Shown here piece after piece: positions 6,621 to 15,963 of a DNA stretch of 64,000 bases. This DNA comes from Vicinamibacterales bacterium (lineage in GTDB: Bacteria > Acidobacteriota > Vicinamibacteria > Vicinamibacterales > SCN-69-37), in the NCBI GenBank assembly GCA_035519535.1, contig DATIWF010000062.1:350-64349 (forward strand). The letters are read 5' to 3'. The position numbers and the translations under genes are program-made. The notes below the pieces were generated by a model. It saw only the letters and a program-made list of their open reading frames with translations, was not told the origin of the DNA and made no database searches. Within the stretch, counting starts at the first letter, position 1, and each line of letters begins with the position of its first letter.

Positions 6621-8254
6621 TCGCGATTCAGAACCTGACGAAGCAGTACGGCAAACAGCTCCTCTTCGTGGACGCGTCGTTTCAGCTCAACCCCGGCGAG
6701 AAAGTCGGCCTGGTCGGACCAAACGGCTCCGGCAAGACGACGCTCCTCCGCATCATCGCCGGCGAGGAGACGCCCGACGACGGGGAGGTGTCGCTGCCGC
6801 GCCGGATGACGATCGGCTACTTCCGGCAGGACGTCGAGGAGATGTCCGGGCGCAGCGTCATCGACGAAGCGATCGCCGGCAGCGGCCGCCTGGGCGCGCT
6901 CCATCACGAGCTGGAGGCACTGCAGCACGCGATGTCCGATCCGGCCAGCGCCGGCCGGATGGACGCGATCCTGGCGCGTTTTGGCGAAGTGCAGGAGGAG
7001 TACGAGCACTTCGGCGGCTACGGGCTCGAGAGCCAGGCGCGTGAAGTGCTCGCCGGCCTCGGATTCGATGACGCGTGGATTGACGGCGACGTGGGCGCGC
7101 TGTCCGGTGGCTGGAAGATGCGCGTCGCGATGGCGCGGGTGCTGCTCGGCAAGCCCGACGTCCTGCTGATGGACGAGCCGACCAACCACCTCGATATCGA
7201 ATCGATTGTCTGGCTCGAGGGATTCCTGAAGAACATGCCGGGCGCGCTGCTCATGACGTCGCACGACCGCGATTTCATGAACCGCGTCGTCACGCGCGTC
7301 GCTGACATCGACGACGGCGAGATCACGAGCTATTCGGGCAATTACGAGTTCTACGAGCGCGAGCGCGCGCTGCGGGCGGCCAACCGCGAAGCCGCCTTCG
7401 CGCGCCAGCAGGCGATGCTGGCCAAGGAGCAGCGCTTCATCGACCGATTCGCGGCCAACGCTGCCAAGGCCGGCCAGGTCCAGAGCCGCGTGAAGGCGCT
7501 CGAGAAAATCGAGAAGATCGAGCTGCCGAAGCGTCGTCCGGTGGTCACGTTCGACTTCAAGCCGCCGCCCCGCTCGGGCGACGACGTCGTCTCGATCCGC
7601 AATCTGCGCAAGGCCTACGGCGCGCGCGTGCTCTACGACGGGTTCGATCTCTCCGTCCGGCGGGGCGAGCGCTGGTCGGTGATGGGCCGAAATGGCGCCG
7701 GCAAGACGACGCTCCTCAAGATGATCGCCGGCGTGCTCGCGCCGGACGCCGGCGAGGTCGCGCTCGGCGCCAGTCTGAAGCTCGGCTACTTCGCCCAGCA
7801 GGCGCTGCAGGTGCTCGACGCCAACCTCACGGTCTGGGAGCAGATGCAGCGCGACTTTCCGCATGACACCATCGGCGTACTTCGCAATCTGCTGGGCGCC
7901 TTTCAATTCTCCGGCGACGAGATCGACAAGCCCGTGCGGGCGCTGTCAGGCGGGGAGCGCACGCGCCTGGTGCTCGCGCGCCTGCTGTTCGATCCGCCGA
8001 ACTTCCTCGTACTCGACGAGCCGACGAACCACCTCGACTTGACCACGAAGGACATGCTCATCGAGGCCCTCCGCGAGTTCGAGGGCACGATGATCTTCGT
8101 CTCGCACGACCGCTCGTTTCTGCGCGGCCTCAGCAATCGTGTTCTCGAGCTGGGCGGCGAAAGTGGCACCGAGGCGAAGCCGCTCGTGTATCCGGGCTCG
8201 TACGTCGAATACGTCGCGCGGACCGGTCACGAAGCGCCCGGCGTGCATTCCTGA
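6617..8254 (+). CDS. ABC-F family ATPase (YbiT/EttA-like, no transmembrane domain)
   Basis: 545 aa with two cassettes: Walker A GPNGSGKTT and GRNGAGKTT, signatures LSGGWKMR and LSGGERTR, Walker B LLMDEPTNHLD and LVLDEPTNHLD. Confidence 0.9.
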   Translation: MIAIQNLTKQYGKQLLFVDASFQLNPGEKVGLVGPNGSGKTTLLRIIAGEETPDDGEVSLPRRMTIGYFRQDVEEMSGRSVIDEAIAGSGRLGALHHELEALQHAMSDPASAGRMDAILARFGEVQEEYEHFGGYGLESQAREVLAGLGFDDAWIDGDVGALSGGWKMRVAMARVLLGKPDVLLMDEPTNHLDIESIVWLEGFLKNMPGALLMTSHDRDFMNRVVTRVADIDDGEITSYSGNYEFYERERALRAANREAAFARQQAMLAKEQRFIDRFAANAAKAGQVQSRVKALEKIEKIELPKRRPVVTFDFKPPPRSGDDVVSIRNLRKAYGARVLYDGFDLSVRRGERWSVMGRNGAGKTTLLKMIAGVLAPDAGEVALGASLKLGYFAQQALQVLDANLTVWEQMQRDFPHDTIGVLRNLLGAFQFSGDEIDKPVRALSGGERTRLVLARLLFDPPNFLVLDEPTNHLDLTTKDMLIEALREFEGTMIFVSHDRSFLRGLSNRVLELGGESGTEAKPLVYPGSYVEYVARTGHEAPGVHS

Positions 8255-8255
8255 G

Positions 8256-10151
8256 ATGCCGCTCATCACGCTCGACCACGTTCGCATGGCGTTCGGGCAC
8301 CTGCCGCTGCTCGACGACGCGAGCCTGCTGGTCGATGCCGGCGAGCGCGTCGCGATCATCGGACGGAACGGCACCGGGAAGTCGACGCTGCTGCGCATCC
8401 TGTCGGGCGAGCTCGAGCCGGACGCGGGTGCGGTGTGGCGCGCGCCGGCGCTCGTGACCGCGCGCCTCGGACAGGACGTGGTGCTGGCCACCGGTCAGTC
8501 GGTCTTCGACGTCGTCGCCGAGGGCCTGGGCGACCTTGGCGAGCTCGTCGCCGCGTACCACCATGCGGCGGTGGCCGTCGCCGAGCGTGGCGAGCCGTCG
8601 CGACTCGCCGAGCTTGGCCGTCTTCAACACGACCTCGAGGAGCGCGACGGCTGGCGGCTCGAGCAACGCGTCGAGCTGGTGGTCTCGAGGCTCAATCTGC
8701 CCGCCGACGCGATCGTCAACACGCTGTCCGGCGGCTGGCGGCGACGCGTGCTCCTCGCGCGCGCGCTCGTGTCGGAGCCGTCGCTTCTGCTGCTCGACGA
8801 GCCGACGAACCACCTGGACATCGAGGCCATCGAGTGGCTGGAAACCTATCTTGCGGCGAGCCGCTGCGCCGTCGTCTTCGTCACGCACGACCGGACGTTT
8901 CTTCAGCGCCTCGCCACGCGCATCGTCGAGCTGGATCGAGGGCGCCTCACGTCCTGGCCGGGCGACTATGCGGCCTTTCTCGAGAAGAAGGAGGCGTGGC
9001 TCGCGAACGAAGCGCTGGCCGAGGCGCGGTTCGACAAGAAGCTCGCCCAGGAAGAGGTGTGGCTGCGCCGCGGCGTCAAGGCCCGGCGCACGCGCGATGA
9101 GGGTCGCGTGCGCGCGCTCATGAGGATGCGCGACGAGCGCGCCGCGCGCCGGACCCGGGTGGGCACCGTGCGGCTGTCGTTCGAGGCGGCCGACCGATCC
9201 GGCAAGGTCGTGTTCGAGGTCGATCACATCAGCAAGACGTACGGCGGCACGGTCGTCGTGCGTGAGTTCTCCGCGCGGATCATGCGCGGGGACCGGATCG
9301 GGCTCATCGGTCCGAACGGCGCGGGCAAGACGACGCTGCTCCGGATGCTGGTGGGCGAGGTGGCCCCGGACGCGGGCGAGGTGCGCCGCGGCGCCGGCGT
9401 CGAAATCGCGTATTTCGACCAGCAGCGCGAGCAGCTCGATCCCGAGCGCACCGTCGTCGACACCGTTGGCGGCGGGAATGACACCGTGACGGTCGGCGGC
9501 GTCACGCGTCACGTCCACGGGTACCTTGAAGACTTTCTCTTTCCGCCCGAGCGCGCGCGGTCTCCGGTCAAGGCGCTCTCCGGCGGCGAGCGCAATCGAT
9601 TGCTGCTCGCGCGCTTGCTGACGCGGCCGGCCAACGTCATCGTGCTCGACGAGCCGACGAACGACCTCGACCTCGAGACGCTCGAAGTCGTCGAGGCGCA
9701 GCTCGCCGAGTTTCCCGGGACGATCCTGCTCGTGAGCCACGACCGGACGTTTCTCGACCACGTCGTGACGAGCACGTTCGCGTTTGAAGGTGGCGGTCGC
9801 GTCGTCGAGTATGTCGGCGGCTATGAAGACTGGGTGCGCCAGCGTCCGGCGATCGTCCCGGCGGGGGAGCCGGCGCTTGTCCGCGCGGATGCGCCAAGTG
9901 CGCGCAATCGGCCGCCGGCCTCGATTCGCAAGCTTTCGTACAACGAGCGCCGCGAGTTCGAGGCGCTGCCCGACCGAATCAGCGGCCTGGAGGCCGAGGA
10001 CGCGCGCCTGCGGGCGGCCGTCGCGCATCCGGAGTTCTACCGGGAGGCCGCCTCAGCGATCGAACAGACGCTGGCGCGTCTCGAGGCGCTTCGCGCCGAG
10101 CTCGATGCGGCGTATGCCCGGTGGGACGAGCTCGATTCGCGCGCCCGCTGA
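8256..10151 (+). CDS. uup: ABC-F family ATPase, Uup-like with C-terminal coiled-coil tail
   Basis: Walker A GRNGTGKST and GPNGAGKTT, signatures LSGGWRRR and LSGGERNR. The tail LSYNERREFEALPDRISGLEAEDARLRAAV...ELDAAYARWDELD resembles Uup. I placed the start at ATG 8256, 1 nt after the upstream stop (the track opens at 8139). Confidence 0.85.
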   Translation: MPLITLDHVRMAFGHLPLLDDASLLVDAGERVAIIGRNGTGKSTLLRILSGELEPDAGAVWRAPALVTARLGQDVVLATGQSVFDVVAEGLGDLGELVAAYHHAAVAVAERGEPSRLAELGRLQHDLEERDGWRLEQRVELVVSRLNLPADAIVNTLSGGWRRRVLLARALVSEPSLLLLDEPTNHLDIEAIEWLETYLAASRCAVVFVTHDRTFLQRLATRIVELDRGRLTSWPGDYAAFLEKKEAWLANEALAEARFDKKLAQEEVWLRRGVKARRTRDEGRVRALMRMRDERAARRTRVGTVRLSFEAADRSGKVVFEVDHISKTYGGTVVVREFSARIMRGDRIGLIGPNGAGKTTLLRMLVGEVAPDAGEVRRGAGVEIAYFDQQREQLDPERTVVDTVGGGNDTVTVGGVTRHVHGYLEDFLFPPERARSPVKALSGGERNRLLLARLLTRPANVIVLDEPTNDLDLETLEVVEAQLAEFPGTILLVSHDRTFLDHVVTSTFAFEGGGRVVEYVGGYEDWVRQRPAIVPAGEPALVRADAPSARNRPPASIRKLSYNERREFEALPDRISGLEAEDARLRAAVAHPEFYREAASAIEQTLARLEALRAELDAAYARWDELDSRAR

Positions 10152-10268
10152 CCCAGCTCGCGATCTCGCGCGCGACGACGCTCTCGGACATCGTGCTGCT
10201 CAACGGCGTGCGGTGACGCGCCGGTAGACTGTCCCACAACGTCTGGAACAGCTGTAGAGCCCGGCGAT

Positions 10269-10601
10269 TCAGTCTCCCCGCAACATGATGAGCAGCATGC
10301 GGGCGGCCTCGGACGCGTCGACCGCGTGCGGAACGTTTGCAGGCATCCTCACGATCGATCCGGGCACCGCGCGGACGGTTCTGCCGCCTATGGTCAAGGT
10401 AAGGGTGCCGTCGAGGACCATCACGAACGCCTCGAACGGCGACGTGTGCTCGGTGAGTCCCTGGCCCGCGTCGAACGCGAAAAGCGTCAGATTACCGCCG
10501 CTGGTCTTCGCCAGCACTCGGCTCGAGATGCCCTGCGCGGTCAGCGCGACAAGCGACTCGAGCGTCAGGACCTCCCCCGACGGAATCATCTGAGAGGACA
10601 T
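10269..10601 (-). CDS. cupin domain protein
   Basis: 110 aa from ATG 10601 (MSSQMIPSGEV...). The small beta-barrel pattern is GLTEHTSPFEAFVMVLDGTLTL...GSIVRMPANVPHAV. Confidence 0.7.
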   Translation of the reverse strand: MSSQMIPSGEVLTLESLVALTAQGISSRVLAKTSGGNLTLFAFDAGQGLTEHTSPFEAFVMVLDGTLTLTIGGRTVRAVPGSIVRMPANVPHAVDASEAARMLLIMLRGD

Positions 10602-10661
10602 ACTGACCAGATTATGGTGGATTCGTGGGGGCGACGGGCGCAGGAGGAGTATCGTGGAAGG

Positions 10662-10913
10662 ATGCCTGACACTCCCTCGCTGCCAAATGACCCCATCTAT
10701 TCGGCGGGCGACATTCTCGTGGAGGAGGCCGAAGGCGGCAGCTACCAGGTCTCCCGCGTGTCGGCCAACGGCCGCTCCAGCCATGTGCTGAGCGTTCAGC
10801 GGAACCAGGCGGCCGCCCTCATCCTGGCCGGCCGCGCGACGAGCGGCTTCCAGCGCGTCTTTCTGAGGGTAGAGCCCGGCTCGGCGGAATATCGTCTCAT
10901 TGGGACGCCCTGA
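10662..10913 (+). CDS. small conserved-looking hypothetical protein (83 aa)
   Basis: MPDTPSLPNDPIYSAGDILVEEAEGGSYQVSRVSANGRSSHVLSVQRNQ... lies 2 nt upstream of the next gene start (GTG 10916). The ORF at 6462 is a paralogue. Confidence 0.45.
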   Translation: MPDTPSLPNDPIYSAGDILVEEAEGGSYQVSRVSANGRSSHVLSVQRNQAAALILAGRATSGFQRVFLRVEPGSAEYRLIGTP

Positions 10914-10915
10914 TC

Positions 10916-11986
10916 GTGCGCCTCCAGTGGCTGGCCGGCGCGCTCGTCGCGGTCATCGCCGTCGCGCCCGTCGAGCCGTCGCAGGCGCCGGACGCCAAGG
11001 TCCAGACGTGGCTGCGCGACACGAAAGGCTTCAGCGATAGCGACGTCCGCCTCGTCACCGAGGGCCACGCCGTTGCGCGTCAACTCACGCTCGCCGGCCC
11101 GGAGGAGGTCTCCATCTTCGGCGCCGTGCGCATCGACGCGCCGCCCGCCGCGTTCATCAGTCAGCTTCGCGACATCCAGGCCTACGAGCATCGCCTCGGG
11201 GTGTTGCAGGTCGGGAAGTTCCACGATCCCCCGCGACTCGAGGACCTCGACGGCCTCGCGCTCGATCGCGAGGACCTGCAGGCGCTCGAGCATTGCCGTC
11301 CGACGGATTGCGACCTGCAGCTCCCGGCCGGGATGATGCGCCGGTTCGCGTCCGAGGTGCCCTGGGGCGCGCCGGACGCGTTCGTGCAGGCGAATCGATT
11401 GTTCCGCGAGATGCTGTTCGACCGGTTCCAGCGGTACCGGACCGGCGGGCTCGCGGCGCTCGAGCCCTACGACGACGGGCCGACGCCGGTGCCGGCTGCC
11501 GAGGAGTTCCGGCGGCTGCAGGTGACGAAGGACCTGCTGCCGGCTCTGCCGCACCTCGCCGCGTACGTCACGAGCTTTCCGGCGCCGACGCCGCCCGGCC
11601 TCGAGGATTTCTACTACTGGAACATGGGCGAGTTCGGCATGAAGCCGACGACGCGCCTCAATCACGTGTCACTGTATCGGGTCGCCCCGGCCGGCGCCCG
11701 GCCGGACGGCATTCGCTTCGCGATCGCGACGACGCAGATCTACTCGACGCACTACTTCAGCACGACCTTCGAGCTGCGGACCGTGGTGGACGACGCGGCG
11801 AACCCCGGTCAGGGCTTCTATCTGTTCTACGCCAGCCGATCGCGGGTGAATGGTCTGACCGGTTTCATCGGCACGCTGATCCGGCCGATCGTCAGGAGCC
11901 GCGCGCGGTCGGGCATGGAGCGCTATCTGTCGATCACCAAGAGCGCCGTCGAGGCCGAAACGCGGAAGCAGGGTTCGTCCGAGTGA
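10916..11986 (+). CDS. hypothetical secreted protein
   Basis: 356 aa with a signal-like N-terminus (LAGALVAVIAVAPVEPSQA) and natural composition. I recognise no family. Confidence 0.6.
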   Translation: MRLQWLAGALVAVIAVAPVEPSQAPDAKVQTWLRDTKGFSDSDVRLVTEGHAVARQLTLAGPEEVSIFGAVRIDAPPAAFISQLRDIQAYEHRLGVLQVGKFHDPPRLEDLDGLALDREDLQALEHCRPTDCDLQLPAGMMRRFASEVPWGAPDAFVQANRLFREMLFDRFQRYRTGGLAALEPYDDGPTPVPAAEEFRRLQVTKDLLPALPHLAAYVTSFPAPTPPGLEDFYYWNMGEFGMKPTTRLNHVSLYRVAPAGARPDGIRFAIATTQIYSTHYFSTTFELRTVVDDAANPGQGFYLFYASRSRVNGLTGFIGTLIRPIVRSRARSGMERYLSITKSAVEAETRKQGSSE

Positions 11987-12584
11987 CGACGTCGAAGTCG
12001 ATCGACACCTCGTCCTTGACCTTGACGGTCCCGCCAGCAACCGAGATGGGCGTGATTCCAAAGTCCGTCTGCCGCAGTGACGCCGATCCGATGTAGTGCC
12101 CGTGGTCGCGCACGACCTTCACGGTGACAGGGCGCGTCTGACCGTGCAACGTGAGCTGGCCGTGCACGGCCCAACCATCCTGAGTCGCCTCGACCGTCGT
12201 CGATTCGAACCGGATCTCCGGAAACCGCGTGACATCGAGCACGTCCGGTCCAAGCATCCGGGATTGGACTTGATCGCGATCCCGCGGTGACAGGCCCGGG
12301 TCGAGGACCTGCATCTGCGGTGCCTCCACGACGATCTCGACTCCCGCATTCCCGCCGTCGTCCACGAATCCGGCGCTGATGGAAGCTCGAATCTCGTGGT
12401 TGTCTGCGAACGCACGGAACAACCCGGTCTTGAACACGCGCACGGTCAACGTCGACCGGTCGGTGTCGATCGCTTGATGCCCCGTCGCGGCAGGCCGGGC
12501 GGCGGTGAACGCGAACAGGACCCCGGTCATCAGCAGGAATTGACGAATGACGCGTGCGCGACCCTGGTTGAGACTGGGGTTCAT
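11934..12584 (-). CDS. YceI-like domain protein (exported)
   Basis: 216 aa from ATG 12584. FPEIRFESTTVEA...W.VHGQLTLHGQTRPVTV...FGITPISVAGGTVKVKDEVSIDFDV matches the YceI fold signature. Confidence 0.75.
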   Translation of the reverse strand: MNPSLNQGRARVIRQFLLMTGVLFAFTAARPAATGHQAIDTDRSTLTVRVFKTGLFRAFADNHEIRASISAGFVDDGGNAGVEIVVEAPQMQVLDPGLSPRDRDQVQSRMLGPDVLDVTRFPEIRFESTTVEATQDGWAVHGQLTLHGQTRPVTVKVVRDHGHYIGSASLRQTDFGITPISVAGGTVKVKDEVSIDFDVVTRTNPASAFRPRRRSW

Positions 12585-12813
12585 CACCAGACCGGACCTC
12601 TGGCGACTGTCTGTGCAAGATATAGTCCACTCGACAAAGTGCGATGACGGCAGGGGCACGCAATCGGTCAGGCTTACGAAGGGCTGGAGTCCCTTTCGTA
12701 TCCGGTAAGTGTGACGAGCCCCGGGACTGCGGGGCGAGTTCGCGAGCGTGTCCGCGCCCGCGCGGCGAGGCCCCAGCCCGGACCCAGGCGATGTGCCCGG
12801 GTAGAATCCGGGC

Positions 12814-14373
12814 GTGACCGCACGTCGCCTTCCGGTGCGCACGCTCATCGTTTTGGCCGGCGCCGTCTGCATCGTGGCGATCGGGTGGCAGATCCGCCAC
12901 GCCCCCGAGACCTATCCCTACGGCGACTACGCGACGACGTCCATCTACACGCTGCGGGCGGCCAAAGGCGAGCTCGGGACCGGCGCGTACTCGCGCTTCC
13001 ACTGGAACCATCCCGGGCCGCTCCTCTACGAGATCCTCGCGCCGCTCTACGCACTCTCCGGCCGCCGCGAGGTGAGCCTCAAGTGGACGATGCTGATCGT
13101 GAACGTCGGCGTCCTCGCCGCGTTGCTGACGTACCTGAGCCGCCGGTCCCGATGGCTCGCTGCGACGACCGCGCTGGCGCTGCTGCCCATGATCTGGTTC
13201 GAGCAGCGTCTCCTGTTCTGGGCGTGGAATCCGGCCGCGCCGCTCCTCCCGCTGGCGCTCGGGATCGCGCTTGCGGCGGGGGTGTGCGCCGGCGACATCG
13301 CGGTGCTGCCGTGGCTCTGCGTCGTCGTGTCGTTTCTTGCGCAGACGCACGTTGCGCTGGTGCCGATCTCGCTGCTGCTGACGGCCGCGGCCCTCGGCGC
13401 CGTGCTGTGGCGCGTGCGATCGCCTGGTCCTGACGAGCGCCGCGCCGCCTGGCGCGCGCTCGCGGTCAGCGCGGCGGTCGCGATCGCGCTGTGGACGGTC
13501 CCCGTCGTGCACGACCTCCGCGCGGCGTCCAGCAACCTCGCGGCCCTCGCACGATTCTTCGCGGCCAGCCGCACGTCCCACCCGTGGTCCCAGGTCACGG
13601 ACATCTTCGCCAACGAGCTCGTCGCGGCCTTCAATCCCTCGCGCGAACTGATCACCGGCGACCTGCCGGCCTCGGCGTCGAGCGGCGTGCGCGCGTGGGC
13701 GACGATCCAGCTGCTCCTGCTCGGGGTGACCGCCGTGTCGAGCTACCGGCGTGGCCGCAGGTTCGAGACGGCGTTCTGCACGCTGTGCCTCCTCGCGTCG
13801 TTCCTTGGTCTCGTCGCGATTCGGTCGATTGTCGGCGACATCTCGGACTATTTGATCATCTGGATCGGCGTCATCGGCGCGCTCAACGTCGCAGCGCTCG
13901 CGTCGTCCCTGGACCTGCTGTGGCCACTGCGGCCGCTCACGTCGCGGCCCGGCGACCGGCCGTGGCGCCTGTCGATTGCGATCGGCATCGCGGCCATCGC
14001 GCTCCTTGGCGCGATCCGGCTCGATGAGAAGCAGCGCGCGGATTCCGGCGACCATACGCTGCTGCACATCGCGAGCGACCTCACGCGATACTGCGACGCA
14101 CACCACTACGTCCGCCCGCTGTTCACGTTCGACTGGAAGGTCTGGCACGCGGCTGCCGGCGTCGTGCTGCAGCTGTACAAGACGGATCGTCCGGTCTCGG
14201 TGGGCGACGACGTGCGCTTCATGTTCGGGGAGCCGTTTGCGCGCACGGGCCGGGAGCCGGCCGAGCTCTATCTCATGTCCACGGCTGACGAGGCCATGCC
14301 GGACGGCGTGACGCGCTTCACGTGGATCACGACCACCGGCGAATACCGCCTCGTTCAGGTGTTCCGGAACTAG
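12814..14373 (+). CDS. polytopic membrane protein, possibly a GT-C-type glycosyltransferase
   Basis: 519 aa with many hydrophobic helices in the first ~380 aa and a soluble C-terminal domain. GTG 12814 lies 7 nt after a TAGAAT -10-like hexamer. The function is inferred only from the architecture and the neighbouring gene. Confidence 0.5.
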   Translation: MTARRLPVRTLIVLAGAVCIVAIGWQIRHAPETYPYGDYATTSIYTLRAAKGELGTGAYSRFHWNHPGPLLYEILAPLYALSGRREVSLKWTMLIVNVGVLAALLTYLSRRSRWLAATTALALLPMIWFEQRLLFWAWNPAAPLLPLALGIALAAGVCAGDIAVLPWLCVVVSFLAQTHVALVPISLLLTAAALGAVLWRVRSPGPDERRAAWRALAVSAAVAIALWTVPVVHDLRAASSNLAALARFFAASRTSHPWSQVTDIFANELVAAFNPSRELITGDLPASASSGVRAWATIQLLLLGVTAVSSYRRGRRFETAFCTLCLLASFLGLVAIRSIVGDISDYLIIWIGVIGALNVAALASSLDLLWPLRPLTSRPGDRPWRLSIAIGIAAIALLGAIRLDEKQRADSGDHTLLHIASDLTRYCDAHHYVRPLFTFDWKVWHAAAGVVLQLYKTDRPVSVGDDVRFMFGEPFARTGREPAELYLMSTADEAMPDGVTRFTWITTTGEYRLVQVFRN

Positions 14374-14379
14374 ACGGCG

Positions 14380-15957
14380 ATGACCCGCCCGCAGCGCGCC
14401 GCGCTCATCGGCATCGTTCTCGTCGGACTGACGCTGCGCGTCGCGTATTTCGTTCATGCGGTCCGCATGCCCGGGTTCGTCTGGGAGGATCCCGACGGCT
14501 ACGCCGCGCATGCGCTCACGCTGACGCCGCATGGCTGGCACTGGACGTTTCAGGCCGTGTCCTTTCGTATCAACGGACAGCAGCACGCGCTGCCGCCGAT
14601 GTATCCGGTGTTTCTGTCGCTCTTCGCGCTGTTTCCCGGGTTTCCGATGACGGCCCAGATCGCTCAGGTCGGGCTCGCCGTGCTGACGATCGCCCTCGTG
14701 TTTGCGCTCGGCCGACGGATCCACTCCGTCCGTGCGGGCCTGGTCGCCGCAGCCGCCTACGCCCTCTGGGTGCCCAACATCAACAACGTGTGGTCCACGT
14801 CGCAGGAGACGCTGTACGTGCCGCTGATCCTGACGGCGTTTCTGCTGCTGTTCCGCGCCATCGAGGGCGACGCCGGCTGGGTTGGATTCGCGGTCGCGGG
14901 GCTGGCGTTCGGCGTGTCGGCCTTGACCCGATCGATGCCGCTGTTTTTCGCGCTGCCCGCGGCCGCCGCGCACGTCGGGCTGGCGCGCGATCGCGCGCGC
15001 GCCGCGCTGCAAGCCTCGGCGTTCCTCGCCGGATTCGTGCTGCTCACCGTGCCCTACTCGACGGCGCTGTCGCGCTATTTCGGGCAAGTCACGGTCATCG
15101 ACACGCATGGGAGCATCCACCTCGAGGCCGAGACCGAACCCGGCTCGATCGCGCCGGGCCTGAGCGAGACGGCCTCAGGGCTGTGGCGCGCCGCGACCGC
15201 GCACCCGATCGACTTCGCCGTCGAGTCGCTCGGACGTGCGCAGTCGCTATTTCACGTCAACGGCGGACGCATCCTGCAGATCTACGTCGTCGCCGCGACG
15301 CGCCTGCGCGCGGTCGTGTGGAAGGTGGTCGTCCTCGCCGGCTCGGACCTGCTGCTCATCGTCGCCTCGATCCTCGCGGCGATCGGCGCGGCGCTGTGCC
15401 GGCGCCCGCCGCTCGCGGCGCTGCTCGTGATCTGGATCGTGGTCAACATCGGCATCGCGAGCGCCGGCGGATTCGGCGGCGCGCGGCTCCGCGCGCCGTT
15501 CGAGCCGATGCTGATCGTGTTCGCGGCGATCTGTGCCGCCGGCGAGTGGGGCCGGCCGCGTGCGTGGGTCCTGGGTCTGGCCGTTGCCGCGAGCGGGGCC
15601 GCGGCGCTGGCCGTGCTGCCGCAGGTCCCCGCCAGCCTGCGTGCCTGGCCGGACTACGGCGTGCGATGGCCTTCGATCTTCGACCGGCACGACGGGGAGA
15701 TCCTCGGGGAGGCGGGCCTGAACCTGCCCGCCCGTGACGGCGCCGCGGCGCTCGCCGCGACGACCACGGGCGAGGCACCGGTGGTGGTGCGCGTGATCGT
15801 CAGCGGCCTTCCGGCGCGGGAGATCCAACTCGCGCCCCGCCAGTCCACGCCGATCCGCGTGCCGTGGCCGGCGCTCGGGCTGGCGTTCGTCGAGCTCGTA
15901 ACGGCCGGCCCGGCGGCGACGGCTCAACCCGTGCACGTGATCGTGGATGGTCGCTGA
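14380..15957 (+). CDS. ArnT/PMT-like glycosyltransferase (GT39/GT83-type, GT-C fold)
   Basis: 525 aa. The N-terminal pattern RVAYFVHAV...DPDGYAAHA...PPMYPVFLSLF is followed by ~10 TM helices, typical of dolichyl/undecaprenyl-phosphate sugar transferases. Confidence 0.65.
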   Translation: MTRPQRAALIGIVLVGLTLRVAYFVHAVRMPGFVWEDPDGYAAHALTLTPHGWHWTFQAVSFRINGQQHALPPMYPVFLSLFALFPGFPMTAQIAQVGLAVLTIALVFALGRRIHSVRAGLVAAAAYALWVPNINNVWSTSQETLYVPLILTAFLLLFRAIEGDAGWVGFAVAGLAFGVSALTRSMPLFFALPAAAAHVGLARDRARAALQASAFLAGFVLLTVPYSTALSRYFGQVTVIDTHGSIHLEAETEPGSIAPGLSETASGLWRAATAHPIDFAVESLGRAQSLFHVNGGRILQIYVVAATRLRAVVWKVVVLAGSDLLLIVASILAAIGAALCRRPPLAALLVIWIVVNIGIASAGGFGGARLRAPFEPMLIVFAAICAAGEWGRPRAWVLGLAVAASGAAALAVLPQVPASLRAWPDYGVRWPSIFDRHDGEILGEAGLNLPARDGAAALAATTTGEAPVVVRVIVSGLPAREIQLAPRQSTPIRVPWPALGLAFVELVTAGPAATAQPVHVIVDGR

Positions 15958-15963
15958 GGACGT

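Noticed and set aside
11923-15120. Very long ORFs on the strand opposite to, or out of frame with, the called genes. Examples are 11923-15120 (1065 aa), 6542-7906, 8130-10028, 15247-17283, 17514-19592, 19808-21124, 27389-29944, 27460-29985, 43685-45493, 46860-48701, 49581-51527, 53124-54524, 55112-57040 and 57765-60326.
   Set aside because: Their products are extremely Arg/Ala/Gly/Pro/Asp-rich with no recognisable motifs. Each overlaps a frame that carries clear family signatures. Stop-codon-poor shadow frames like these are expected in very GC-rich DNA.
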